From NCBI GenBank assembly GCA_000934665.2, contig JYFJ02003585.1, positions 1-39,876 on the forward strand: a stretch of 39,876 nucleotides of DNA. Direction: 5' to 3'. The stretch is from Catajapyx aquilonaris. Its lineage: Eukaryota. The position numbers and the translations under genes are program-made. This document shows positions 11,966 to 24,977 of the stretch, piece by piece (within the stretch, counting starts at the first letter, position 1; each line of letters opens with the position of its first letter). The notes under the pieces are model-generated. The model saw only the letters and a list, made by a program, of their open reading frames with translations. It was not told where the DNA came from and ran no database searches.

Positions 11966-12588
11966 TAGAGAACGGATTTCTAGGTTTTACCTACTTTTTC
12001 TTTTGTAGGCAGAACACCGGAACCAAAATATCTATCCGTTTCATAACACAAGGACATCAAAAATCATAGTTTTGTAGAACCTAAAAAATGCCTATTTCAG
12101 GTGTTGGGACCTAAATGGCCTATAAGCAGCTATTAGTGCCTATTTCGACCTTTTGCCCACCGTTCGGTAAGATTTTCGAGAGTTCTGCAGGTTTTCCGTT
12201 CAAGGAATCCCTCCCACTTCAACCTCTGTGACGAGCGAAGAAGCGGTTGATGGGTAAGATCCCGGGTAATATGCCGTTAACCGTTATTGCGACTCGAAAT
12301 AACTGTTATTAAATAGCCGTTAAATAAGCTGCTACATTCGGCCCGACGGTTTTTCTGAGGAAGGCTCTTAACTGTCACCGAATAACTGCGATTAACCAAT
12401 GAAAATATGGAATAACTGTGCTGCAAAAATTCCATGGCCAGGAGTAGGCTGTAAATATGTGTAGAAATTAAAATAAATTAGAACCAGCTTGATTTACAGT
12501 GCCTATTTAAGAGCCTATTTTGACTGTTTTCAGGGCCTAAATGCCTACCTATTTGAGGGTTTTTTAGAACCTAGAAATCCGTTCTCTA
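11966..12588. mobile_element. MITE with perfect 21-bp TIRs (hAT-like TAG termini)
   Basis: TAGAGAACGGATTTCTAGGTT pairs with AACCTAGAAATCCGTTCTCTA; no matching TSD seen. Confidence 0.75.
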
Positions 12589-12658
12589 GAATGACTCTGA
12601 CGCGAAGAGTGTGTCTCCTCTACATATCATAATCATACTTTATTTTATCCTGCGAAGG

Positions 12659-12695
12659 TTAACCCTTTAATGCCTACGGACATCATATGATATCC
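12659..12695 (+). mobile_element. Left end of a second piggyBac-like element related to 5486
   Basis: TTAA-CCCTTTAATGCCTACGGACATCATATGATATCC closely matches TTAA-CCCTTTGCTGCCTACGGCCATCATATGATTTCC at 5482; right end not found. Confidence 0.6.
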
Positions 12696-13834
12696 TGCTG
12701 GTTTTTGAACTGGGATTATAAGGGAACTGGGATTGAATGCTGTTATGGAACAACGCTGTAAATGACATTTTGGCTGTTGAGTTGACAATGTAGAAACGTA
12801 GAAAATGGCCGGCTGGTTCGAACGGTATAGTCCACTCAACTCCATCTGTTGATTTAGCCGAGAAAAAGCCGGACATTCCAGCAGGAGTGCATTTACGTTA
12901 CATGGGATCCACGGCAGAAAAACATCTTTCCTGAAAAGTTGCCATAAGTAAGTTGCAACGTTGTTCCATAACAGCATTCAATATTATAAAGATTAGATTA
13001 TTTTGTTCGGCTGATTATTAGAATAACTGATGTTTCCATAAAGTCGGACAGGCAAAGTTTGGCGAGATCGCATACATATGAGCTGTACAAGGAAATTGAT
13101 TTTCATCTTGAGCAATATCTTCTCTCACCGCTGCCATTGCCTATAAAGTATTAAAGAGACTATAATTATAAATTTACGTAACAGCTCACAGTATTTACTT
13201 ATAAATGACTATAGGATTCCGCTGAATTCAGAAAGTAACTGTTCCTTAACTAATATCCGCGACAGATTTGACTTGTTTCATATGATTTGTGAGTGTAGGC
13301 TACTTTCTGCTCAGCGCCAAGACTGAAATACTTACGGGAGTTTCCGAAATCACCTCCAGTCCGGTTCAATCATGTTTTAATTTTGAACCTTCCCAGATAG
13401 GCTATTCCACAAACATGTATTTTTTTGTGCCTTATTTGTAAAAAATTTAGGGTTCTGTGATGTAACCCTCTGAGACCCCCCCCCCCTACTCTTGATGTAA
13501 TAACATCGCAGGGGTGCGGTAATAAACACTTATTATATTATATTACTTATATATTATTATATTCGTTCGGCGCGGACATAACTGCAAAGAGCATTGAGCA
13601 ATAATCTCGTCAATTCAATGCACGGCGCTTCAAGGCTATCCCAAATTTCGCTTTCACCTCTCAAGCGGGCATTAATCGTGTCTGGTCTTGAGGAGGCGGG
13701 GGTTGTCCGCTCCACCCACCCCCTGATTCCCCCTCCATGTGTTGCGGGGAAGCCCTCGACAGTCAGGATGAAAAATTTCCATGTATTAAGACGCACAATT
13801 CTTTCTGAGCGGTACTGTACATTGAGAATCCAAT

Positions 13835-16127
13835 TAGTCCGGGTGCTAAGGGGTTGAACTTTGCATTTTGTGACAATAGTATGAAACTCGGTACACTTGT
13901 TCTTTGGACACTTCTGATCATATCTGGACGTGGAGCAACGATGACCCACCCCGGTGGAGGTCCATTTCGCAGGGTTTCCATAACTACCAGATGCAGCATC
14001 CTTTAGGACCTTGTATTAGGTGACAAAAACATGAAACTCGCCACAATTGGTCTTTGGACATGTCTGGATGTGGAGCCATGATGACTGACCCCGCTGGGGG
14101 GCACTTGCAGGGTTACCAGATCTAACGGACCAAACATACATCTCTGCGAAGATCATGTGAATTGGGAGCTTGCATTCGGCGATAAAAACGTGGAACTCGG
14201 TACGGTAGTTATTTGAACACATCTCAACATATCTGGACGTGGGGTCACGGTGGGTGACCCCTGGTGGCCTCGCCAGGGGTCACTATCGCGGAGTTGCCAA
14301 ATCGAACATGCGTTGCACACCTTTACATGAATAAGGGCCTCGAATTCGGTGGTAAAACACTGATAAAACATGAAACTCGCCCCAATTGGTCTTTGGACAC
14401 TCCTGAACATGTCTGGAAGTGAGGCCACTATAGATGACCCCGCCGGGGGTCACTCGCAGGGTTGCCAGATCTAATGGGCTCTCTAAGTCAACTATGTGAA
14501 TAGGGAGCTTGCATTCGGCGACAAAGACGTGAAACTCGGTACAATATAGTTCTTTGCACACTTCCGAACATATCTGGACGTGGGGCCACGATGGCCCACC
14601 CCGGTGGAGGACACTATCATGGTGTTGCCAAATCTAACAGACTGTACAACATGCATTTATGTTTGAATAGGGGACTTGCATTGGTAACAAAGACTTGAAA
14701 CTTGGTAGAATTGTTCTTTGGACACTTCCGAACATATCTGGACGTGGAGCCACGATGACCAACCCCGATGGAGGGCACTATAGCGGCGTTGCCACATCTG
14801 ACAGACTGTGCAACATGCGTTTATATTTTGATAGGGAGCTTGCATTCTGTGACAAAGCCATAAAACTAGGTACGTTAGTTCTTTGGACACTTCCGAACAT
14901 ATCTGGACGTGGAGCCACGATGACCCACCGAATGCAAGCTCATTATTCAAATATAAACACATGTTTCACAGTGTGTTAGATATGGCAACCCTGCGATAGT
15001 GCCCTCCCTTGGGGTGGATCATCGTGGCTCCACGTCCTGATATGTTCGGAAGTGTCCAAAGAACTAACGTACCAAGTTTTATGGCTTTGTCACCGAATGC
15101 AAGCTCCCTATTCATATGGAGTCAGACTAGGTTGCTCCGACTATATATGGCAACGCCGCGATAGTGCCCTCCCTCGGGGTGGGTCATCGTGGCTCCATGT
15201 CCAGATATGTTCGGAGGTGTCCAAAGAATAATTCTACCAAGTTTCATGTCTTTGTCACCAAATACAAGTCCCCTATTCAAACATAAACGCATGTTGTAGA
15301 GTCTGTTAGATTTGGCAACCCCACGATAGTGTTCTCCACCAGGGTGGGCCATCGTGGCCCCACGTCCAGATATGTTCGGAAGTGTGCAAAGAACTATATT
15401 GTACCGAGTTTCACGTCTTTGTCACCGAATGCAAGCTCCCTATTCACATAGTCAACTTAGAGAGCCCATTAGATCTGGCAACCCTGCGAGTGACCCCCGG
15501 CGGGGTCATCTATAGTGGCCTCACTTCCAGACATGTTCAGGAGTGTCCAAAGACCAATTGGGGCGAGTTTCATGTTTTATCAGTGTTTTACCACCGAATT
15601 CGAGGCCCTTATTCATGTAAAGGTGTGCAACGCATGTTCGATTTGGCAACTCCGCGATAGTGACCCCTGGCGAGGCCACCAGGGGTCACCCACCGTGACC
15701 CCACGTCCAGATATGTTGAGATGTGTTCAAATAACTACCGTACCGAGTTCCACGTTTTTATCGCCGAATGCAAGCTCCCAATTCACATGATCTTCGCAGA
15801 GATGTATGTTTGGTCCGTTAGATCTGGTAACCCTGCAAGTGACCCACAGCGGGGTCAGTCATCATGGCCCCACATCCAGACATGTTCAGAAGTGTCTAAA
15901 GACCAATTGTGGCGAGTTTCATGTTTTTGTCACCCAATGCATGGTCCCAAAGGATGCTGCACCTGGTAGTTATGGAAACCCTGCGAAATGGACCTCCACC
16001 GGGGTGGGTCATCGTGGCTCCACGTCCAGATATGATCAGAAGTGTCCAAAGAACAAGTGTACCGAGTTTCATACTTTTGTCACAAAATGCAAAGTTTGGG
16101 TCAATTTGTCCCTTAGCACCTGGACTA
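13835..16127. mobile_element. 2.3-kb almost wholly palindromic non-autonomous DNA transposon (Academ-like) built of ~150-180-bp subrepeats
   Basis: Termini TAGTCCGGGTGCTAAGGG and CCCTTAGCACCTGGACTA; 3-bp TSD AAT. The arms are highly similar (ORFs 14153-14428 minus and 15515-15790 plus are identical). The subrepeat anchor ATGAAACTCG and variants occur at 13881, 14031, 14190, 14370, 14529, 14695 and 14860. Confidence 0.85.
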
Positions 16128-19100
16128 AATACCACGTAGGCCTACGTACTTCAAGCACATTTTCCCCGTCTATTGGGGTTAGCTGCTTTTGCTTGGGAGC
16201 TCCTCAAATGTTAAATTTTTCCAGACACTCTCCTAGAGTGTACATGTTTATGTATTAGCTTTTTTTGCATGATTAATAAGATCAAAAATTAAACTGAAAA
16301 TGTTTTTGAGGTGTTTACTATTGGCCAATTGCGCAACATTTTATGGGGGTATAATATTAATACAGTAGGGGTAGGCCCATGTATTTCAAAATCAACTTCA
16401 TAGGCTCACCCCGAATATTATTATTCCAGAATGATATGCGACAAAACAAAAACCACAAAAATTTCAAAAATGTGATGACGTCATATGTGCACGAGTACAA
16501 CTCCCTAGTACGAGTGTACGACAGTACGGTACAACTTGCAAGTCCCCAAGCAATATTGCAGCTTTTGGTAGCACCGGATAGATGGCCTCCCAGTGGCAGT
16601 GTGGCTTGACAAATCCAACTCTCCCAACAACAGATGGAGAGCCTTTCCCGCCATTCATTCCAAAGGAAAGATAATACAGAGTCGACCCCAACCGTGGAAG
16701 ATGGCAGATTAAATTTCGGATGATTAGTTTTGGGCGCGGGATCCTCACCCGACTAACTTGTCAGTAAATCCTGACCCGATGGCTTCAGAGCCTCCATTTG
16801 CAATGGGTTAGTGGATCCATTATCTGCTGCGTTTGTTTGCAGACCGGAATAATTTAGCTTGGAAGCAATGCAAACATTTGCTTTGAAATAAGTGCTCTTC
16901 TTCAGACTTTTGAAGGAGCAATTTTTATTGGCGGAGGGGTGGTACGTGCCGGTGGGTGGGGTGCTACCTATTTGGCCACGAGCCAAGACGGAAGGAAGTC
17001 AGGAAGGAAGGAAGGAAGGAAAGTTGCAAATGCAGAGCGAGTCCAAGTCAGTGGAGGTGGATGTGCCCCCCCTCCCCCAATTAAAGCAAATGCCTCTGGA
17101 AATTGGCCGGAGGTAAATATAGTCAACATTCCGAGGCCAATTAACCATAGACAAGCAAGAGGGAAGGGAAGAAATTGGATTGAGGGCGGCAGGGGCGGGG
17201 GCATGTACGTACCGGTGGTACGTTATGTACCAACGGGTGTCCCAAAAGTCTGCATCATTTTGGTCGTTTATAGGGTAGGAAGAAATCTCGTTCTTTTAGT
17301 TACACGCACAACTGACTCTGAGGACATTAATTTACGTTATTAGGATGAGTCACAATTTTTAAATATATGCCAGGGTACTGAAGGTGTATCAAGAATCGCC
17401 AAGTATGAATCAGTTCTCAACAACCGCCTATACCAACATTGCTACCAAGTTTGCCTTGCACAATATCAGTGGTGATTATTCTTCTGCTGCAACTGCATCG
17501 TTACTGTTGGAGGTTTTTAATAATATAGCAAAGTGGTTGTTGTCTCATTCAGAGTGCAATAATCAATGATCATCAATGATCAATGATGGGCCAAATAGAG
17601 CTTGTTATGCTATCGGTTGGGTATTAAAAATGACCCAGGGGAGGGTCTCCCAGCAGTTTGATGCTAATGTGGTATAGATTTTTTGATATTTACTGAACGG
17701 AAATGATCTGCAATGTTAATTATTATCAAAATAGGATCATCAAATGGAAGCTCTTTCCTTACTGTGAGGGTTACTGTTGTTGTTGTTGTTGTTAATGATG
17801 ATGAGAATGATGAAGAGGATATCTGAGGACATAGGTGGTTGTTTTGCAACTGGATGAAGCAAACATATGTACTAATGAAGTTCCCTGCATTGAAGAACCT
17901 CCGAGACCGTAACTATGAGTTGCACAGTTGTCGGATACCCACCGGAGGCGCATTATGAACTATAAACACGAAGAAAGTGAGATGTAAGGCAATTTCCCTG
18001 GCGGACAGGTGGAAATGATGAGCTTTTGGCATGCAATCTCTGTAATTCAAGTCTGGCTAAGCGTCACTTGTTCCATGAATCGGCCTGCTCACGTGCACGT
18101 CTCATTACTGCATCAGTTGACGTGTCTCTAATTTCAGCCAGTGTCGCAAACACACAGAGCGTCTCCCAAATTCTGCGAGCAGCACAGTATATTATTGCAG
18201 GGTAGACTATATTATGAACTGTTATATGCCATTAGGCTCGTTAGTAATGGCCTCAAAGCAGAACGCCAGAGAAGGCCTTATGGCTGCATAATCACTTGTG
18301 TGTCATACATTTCAGAATTGCTCTTCATCAGTGCAAGAGTAACTGGGAATCTCGGGCTAGTAATATGGCTGCGGTATTGTAACCACAGACTTCTCTCGGC
18401 TCTTTTGTGCTGTCAGCTACAATGATAACCAGAACCTGCGGAGTTGAAGCTGGGATGCTGCATGAGAAGAATGGAGTTTAGAGATGAAGTGTTAAGCCGT
18501 GCAAGTGTATTACCTGAAAGATTGGGGCGAGTGATAATGTTGCAGCAGGAATTGTACAGTACGGATATAAATTATTCTAAAGCATGTATTTCATATGATT
18601 CATAATAATGTTTGTTTGTTTGAGTGGAAATGAGCCAAAGCAACTAAGGCTTCTGGTTATTAGAATGACGAGGAATTTAGGTGCCATCAGCCAATGGGAA
18701 CGAGCTAGACGGGGTCTCTTAACCAATCCTGTTCCCACTCTTACATTCATAATATGGGCAACAGGTATCATTCGCGTTTATAACATGGTCATGGCATGTT
18801 AAGACTGGTGATATTATGTCTGAAACTGTAAGTAGACCACTGATTAAAAGCACTTATTGCGACCCACTTGCCATACGCCTTCCGGGACATGTGCAGTAGT
18901 ACCGTACGAAAACAAATGAAGGGACGAGATATAACAGTTCGTCATGTCCCTAGCCCAAGTCACCCATTTCACCTCACAATCAATTTGCGGGGAAGACTGG
19001 AACGTGTTTTGTTGGTGAGGAGTGACACTGGACCCTTGTCTCCTTTCATAAGCGAATGACAGCGACAAATCTTGGCGGGCCCATTCTAGAGCGAAATGAG

Positions 19101-20620
19101 GAAGAGTGTGTTTATCACAAAATTCACGAGACTTGAGATCCCCCCCCTCCCCCACCCCAGCTAGATCCCCACACACACTGTGACAAATGGTTTTCGCCGC
19201 TGTCTCCTTTTATTCTGCCTCGCTGACACCATAATCCTGGAGCTTTGGCCCGGCTGCTCTATTAAATGGATGCTCCCCACCACCCTACTCCCTCACTCCC
19301 TTCCCTCACCCTCCCATCCCTTCATATAGATTTGGCGGGTCGCCGCGGACATGTACTGTATGCCCTGCACCAGTCACCCCTGCCAAATCAAGTTGAGGTT
19401 GTTCTCTAGCTTCCCTTGCACATTGCACTTTAGAGCAGCATTTTTCAACAATATGGTGCGTCCGAATGAAAGTGATTCGATTTTCTGGAGTGACGATATA
19501 TCCGGGGACTATAATTATCAAAACTATAGTTGGGTGATAGGTATTTAATGTTCCCATTGAAAAGGCTAGCAAAAATTGACAGGTAGAAGTCGGATTATAT
19601 TGGTTGACAGTTTTTTAAAATATTTAGTGCCAACAGAACTCATTCATGATACGAAATCAGATGATAAATGGCAATACTGCGCCTATGGACCAATAATGGT
19701 CCGGTTCCGGAACGGATTAGTTTTTTAATGCCGCTGTGTAAATGACTCCTAGTGCTTCTGCGCATATTATGATCCCACGTTTACAAAAATTCCATCCATG
19801 GACACGCATGCGCAAAAGGAAGTTCGATTTTACACTGGCGGTAGAATCAGCTCATTTTTGCCGTAAATAGGCGTATGTACTCCACCATCATTACATAACT
19901 CGCGTTGCCTAGAGCGGGATCTGAGCGAGGCAGAGCCGAGAAAGAATCTGAAGGTGGAAGGAAAGGGTTGGGTTAGCAAAAGAGAAGTTAGTCGTGGAAG
20001 TGGGTGGTGGCTCCTCAAGCGATCCCCGTGGAGCCATCTTAGGAAATAGGAGGTGGTGTGCGGAGCATAGCAAACGGCTCGGGAAGCGGATCTAGGACCT
20101 GGATTAAAATCGTCCTCGAATTGGACGCACCTCGCCGTAGCCTGGCTGTGCTGCTTTACTTGGGGAGAGGAATGGGCTGGGGTGGTTGGCCCCAGGGGTC
20201 ACCTCCCTCCTCTTTGCCACCCCTCCTGCAACCCTTCTTGCATTTCGACGAGCAGACCGGGACTGATCCTAAGAACCAGAGGGGTGATGTGAGGTCACAT
20301 GTGGGTTTCTGGGGCGATGAACGTGCTAGAAAAGTCAGTCGGGTCATCGTCACTTGTGAAGAGTGCCATCATTATTATAGCATATGATCAGTTAGTTGGG
20401 GAGTTTTAGTCTATGCAGTGAATCTCGACTGTAACCCGAGTTTATCTTTTAGTGACATTACTGTAAGGCTTAAGGATAAGCATCAGCCAGGTAGAGCGTA
20501 CGAAAACACTGTCGAATAATCAGCTTACTTTTAGTTATGGAAATCAGGGCAGCACGAACCTATACAAGTATGGCATATAATTTTAAAGTGACATTATCAA
20601 GCACATTAATAGCAAATTCA

Positions 20621-20958
20621 CAGGGAGATGAAGTGGCGTCGCGGTAAAGCGTGCGCCCACGGATATGAAGGTCCCGGGTTCAATCCCCACCCGGGGTTCC
20701 CACCTTTATCCGTGCAGAGTTGGGCCATCTCTGGGTTCATTTCGGGTGAAAATTTCCTAAAGACTAATCCACCCGGGGGAGTTCACAAAATGACCAATTA
20801 ACGACAGCGCACATGCACTTTGCACATCCCCTCCTATCAACCCTTGGAGTAATTCATAAGATTCTCTTAACACGCTCCAAAACAAATACCAATGGTGGTA
20901 ATCCACCACCCCCTATAGACCTAACAGGTCATCACGGGGTAAATTAAATTTCAAAAAA
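20621..20958 (+). mobile_element. tRNA-derived SINE, family A (head resembles tRNA-Arg ACG)
   Basis: A-box GTGGCGTCGCGG, B-box GGTTCAATCCC, A-rich tail, and 16-bp TSD ATTAATAGCAAATTCA (20605-20620 / 20959-20974). A homologous copy lies at 34650-35013 (minus). Confidence 0.9.
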
Positions 20959-20995
20959 ATTAATAGCAAATTCAGCCACTAGTGAAAGAAACATT

Positions 20996-20998
<3 letters not shown>

Positions 20999-21070
<72 letters not shown>
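20999..21070. repeat. (AT)n microsatellite
   Basis: About 36 AT units directly visible. Confidence 0.98.
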
Positions 21071-21072
<2 letters not shown>

Positions 21073-23061
21073 CAAAATTAGGGATGTAGTCAACAGCCAT
21101 TCATTATGGCATGGATAATGTCCACAAACTGCGACACTGGCATCGATCAAAAATGTCTGCCCGAGGCTTCCGCATTTCTGTTCGACTTTACTACATTAAA
21201 AGGGCTTTTCATTTCATGCTTCCTCGAGAGCTGTCTGGGAAAGTAAGGCTAAATGTGCCTTTGTCACGCTCCTACACTCCACGTACCCACTAAGAAATCA
21301 CGTCACCCATAGACATGCCTCATAACACCATGAATTTAGTGCCACCCAAGTCACCACACGCTTATCTGAGGCTACGGCAAGGGCGACTCGCAATTACATT
21401 TCTCTCAACTCCAGAAACGGCCCCCTTATGACCCACCACTTTCATAAACACCCTGTATAATTCCAAGTTTCCAACCTCCATAAAACCGAACTTGTGGACA
21501 TTTCTGAAGCCGATTACAGGCACTGAAGTTAAATGCGGTGCACCACTAGGAGACCATTAAAAAAGGGAAGCATATTTGCGTGAGGCTGCAGGTGGCAACG
21601 AAATGAACGCTCTTCCCTCTCCCTTCCTTCCCACCTCTCCTTCCCCCACGCTAAAAGAGCCTCTCACCTGAATGGGAATCCTGGGGTGGGCTGGCAATGG
21701 GACTTTTCCACCTCCCGCTTCATTCTCCACACGACGGCTCCTTTTCTGCGCCGGAGACTAAACCTGGATAAAAATCCGCTTTTCACCCATGTTTTACTAC
21801 GCCATAGCCAAGCTGTTGACGTGATCTTCATACGGATCTCATTGATCCGGCCCGTGTGACTGAGCCAAAAAAGGAGGGGGTCAGATCTGAAGATGATTAC
21901 AGATGCGTGTGTACCTAGTTTCATCACCTGCATAATTTTTTTTTTGCTGCACTTAAGCTCCTTACAAGTTGTATTAAGTAGGCGCATTTCACGGGATTAG
22001 CGGAAATGACGTTAGTCGTGCCCGTCATCCATAGCGCCCACTTGGACTCAGGTCGTATTTCGTGCTTGCAAATGAAGCCCCTTAATTTCCTGCGCATTCT
22101 TGCATTTCATAAGCATGGGAGGAGAAGCGGAGGGGGGATATGTTTATGGCTAACTGATGGTAGGGAATCAGGCAATATCGGGCTTCATGGAGCATGAGGA
22201 AAAGAACGGAGATTTAGTGTAGCTGGGCGAGAGGGGCCCCTTCCTACCTTGAGTGTATCGAGGAAGCAGGAAGGGTGGAAGGAAAAGGGCGGCTTCTCGG
22301 AATTGGGTTTACCCTGGGAATGAAATATCCGACATGGACGTGAGAGGCAGGAAGATGAAGAAGTGTGCACAGGCTAGCAGATACGATCGGAATTTGGCGG
22401 CCAAGAGGAGGCCTCTCTACAGCCTTGTACACATGAGTTCTGTACTCATCAGTAGAGAAATGACTGCTATTTTACGGGCTCTTTGCTTGCACTTCAAACC
22501 GAATCCCTGGAGTTACGTACAGTCAACACAATTTTCTGGCTCCACAGGCTTCCCGGGATTGGAAATGACCGGATTCATCCTGGCTGCTAGGTAACCTAAG
22601 TGCTGCTCTTGTTTGACATATGGTCTATATGGCAGGGGTAAGGTCATGAGTGGCTTGGTGTCTCGGTTGCATAGCGGGTTAGGAGGAAACAGGCAGTCTG
22701 CAACTAATAAGAGAGTTCTTTCAAGATTTTTCTTCCCCTCCTTTTCTTTACTCTATGAATCTTACACGCCCTGTACATAAGCAGAAATAAATGTCAGCAT
22801 AGATTGGACATGTAGTACATGGTCATGCCTACCATACTAAACATATTACGTCCGAATGTAGGCCTACAGTATAACCTGTTTACACAATGCCGCTACTAAA
22901 GCGAAGTAAGCGGGGCTCGCCAATCAGCATGTAACTCAGCTCTTAGCGGCCTCGTGTAATTGGGATACTGAGGATCCAGAGTCCAGACCATGAGCCAGAC
23001 TTTTCACAGAATGACCTTCACTTGTTTTGTCACCTCCAGAAAGTCAGGCGATACGCCATGG

Positions 23062-23266
23062 TAGCGTTTCTCATCCGTTTTACCCTTGCGGAACTCTTGA
23101 AATAATATTCATGTCTCAACGAACCCCTACACAAAATTTATTATACTGTATTATAGACATGCCAATTAATGACTCAAATATGCATTTACATATGATTAGC
23201 CTATTCATCACTATTTCTCGCGTTACCCCTGGCGATTGCTCGCGTAACACCGGTTGAGAAACGCTG
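23062..23266. mobile_element. Degenerate hAT (Charlie-like) MITE
   Basis: TAGCGTTTCTCATCCG pairs with CGGTTGAGAAACGCTG, the same terminal motif as 2211-2684; TSD not intact. Confidence 0.6.
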
Positions 23267-23783
23267 CTCTAGGGAGTGACCAGGAGACAAAGAAATTGGC
23301 TTGGACGTGAGAGTGACTGATATGCTCACAAAATGGTGCCACGGTAAGAATAATGCTTCTATCGAGAGGATATTTCCGTACAATGCAAACTAAAATATGT
23401 CTTTGCTGTCATAATTATGGCTATTTTGATTTTTGGAAGTAGTCCGTTAAAAACACTTCTTGGAAAACAGGTGTTTGCAGCACAATGGACGCCGATTGTC
23501 ACTGGCCCGATTTTGGTCAAAATCTGCCCATTCATTTTAATAAATTCTTGGAAGTATTTGAGAAAAGGAAATGTGTGTGCCTTCCCAAGGATGACTGTAA
23601 AGGTTTGCACAATAAATGGTACATTTTGAAAGTGTGTCGCTCCATGAAAATGCATTAATTTGCCACAGCTTAAAATGCGCAAGTACAGTAGTCAGTAGGC
23701 CTCCTCACTATTATTTACAATTAAGATTTAAGACAGTTCATATTTGCCCCGTTAGAATATTTAGTTATGCAGGGTGTTACTCT

Positions 23784-24172
23784 GGGTTCTAGGAGGTTTC
23801 GTCCCCGACAAAACGTAAATAGTATCCGGGAATATTGCGCCCCCAAAAATTCGTCCCCGACAAATAACGTCTCCGGAAAGTAAGGGATCTCCGTGGAAAT
23901 GATCCCCTTCAAAGCTCAGACGAATGCCAACTACATGTACGATCTAAGACAGTGCTGTCTGATGTGGGATATCATACTCCAGTGCTGTTACTCCCTAAGG
24001 TGCATTGGGTAGCATACTTCTTTATTATCTTGTCCCCCTGTGCTATATTTTTTATTTTAGAGATGTTTTCCGTGGGAACATCCCAGATGGGGACGTTTTT
24101 TCCGGGATGTTATTTTTGTCGGGGACGTAATGTGTCGGGGACGCATTTTCGGGGACGAAATTTCCGGTTCCC
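23784..24172. mobile_element. MULE/foldback-like MITE with subterminal CGTCCCCG repeats
   Basis: TTTCGTCCCCG repeats on the left are mirrored by CGGGGACG repeats on the right; 8-9-bp TSD GTTACTCT(G) / GTTATTCT(G). Confidence 0.7.
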
Positions 24173-24977
24173 GTTATTCTGCCCACGCAGACTGTCCAAA
24201 GAGGAGAGATGGAAGAGAGTTGATGGATTTCTTAACCCTACAGTCCGCATTCGAATGGCATGCAGTCCCGGTCAGACCCGAGTCAGCACGAAGTTTGGAG
24301 CTTTCTTTACATTTTTTTTCAATATTTTTACTTGCCTGCGCGACGCATGCACGTGGATACGCGGACTATTTTTTGGGGCTCTTAAACTACTTTTTAAAAA
24401 TTCCGTAACAATCGAACGCTCTGGACTTAGTCGAACTATGAACTTAATAAATCACCCATGGTATAGGGGGTACGACAAGGACCAACTGTCTTCAAAGGGG
24501 TGCGGAGGCCCGCAAAGGTTAAGAACCCCTGCTCTACTCCCTTTCCTGAGCTAGCCTGGGTTGGGCCAGGTAAAATGCACGAAGCGTTATTTATTTCAAT
24601 AGCGAATACAGCAGCAATGTACTATACCACAGCTGTGTAGAATTTTCCGACGCATTTATAGTCATGTAGACTCGTAGTGCTGAAATTGACATGTAATAAT
24701 GTGGAACACAATTCAAGAAAGAAAAAAAAAGTTTTTTGTGTGCAACTTGCAATTTTAATTTTATCAATAATTTGCCATACATTTGATCACCTGATATCTC
24801 TGTGTAGCTTCTCACCTCCCCTGGCACCCCCAACCTGCACCACCCCTTCTCATAGGACAATATCCCAATCTTCTGTTCTTGTCAAGGTATGTATTTTTGA
24901 TCCTCTCTAGGTTGACTGCTTCCCTCAAACACACCATGTCACTACACGGTGTGAAAACGATATGAACCTCTTGAGTT

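Noticed and set aside
13557..16258. Many mirrored ORFs on both strands
   Set aside because: They are artefacts of the palindromic repeat, with no recognisable protein motifs.
19830..20390. GC-richer tract with several short ORFs
   Set aside because: There is no long frame, splice pair or recognisable domain, so it cannot be assigned.
20624..20700. tRNA genes at 20624, 28428 and 34940-35013
   Set aside because: A/B boxes are present but the acceptor and anticodon stems are imperfect, and each continues into a body, tail and TSD, so they are SINE heads.
21668..21927. Possible minus-strand exon with a CAG|GTGAGA donor
   Set aside because: The acceptor lacks a polypyrimidine tract and the translation is unrecognisable.
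24495..24531. hAT Charlie-like right end AAGGTTAAGAACCCCTG
   Set aside because: No matching left end or TSD was found; at most it is a fragment.
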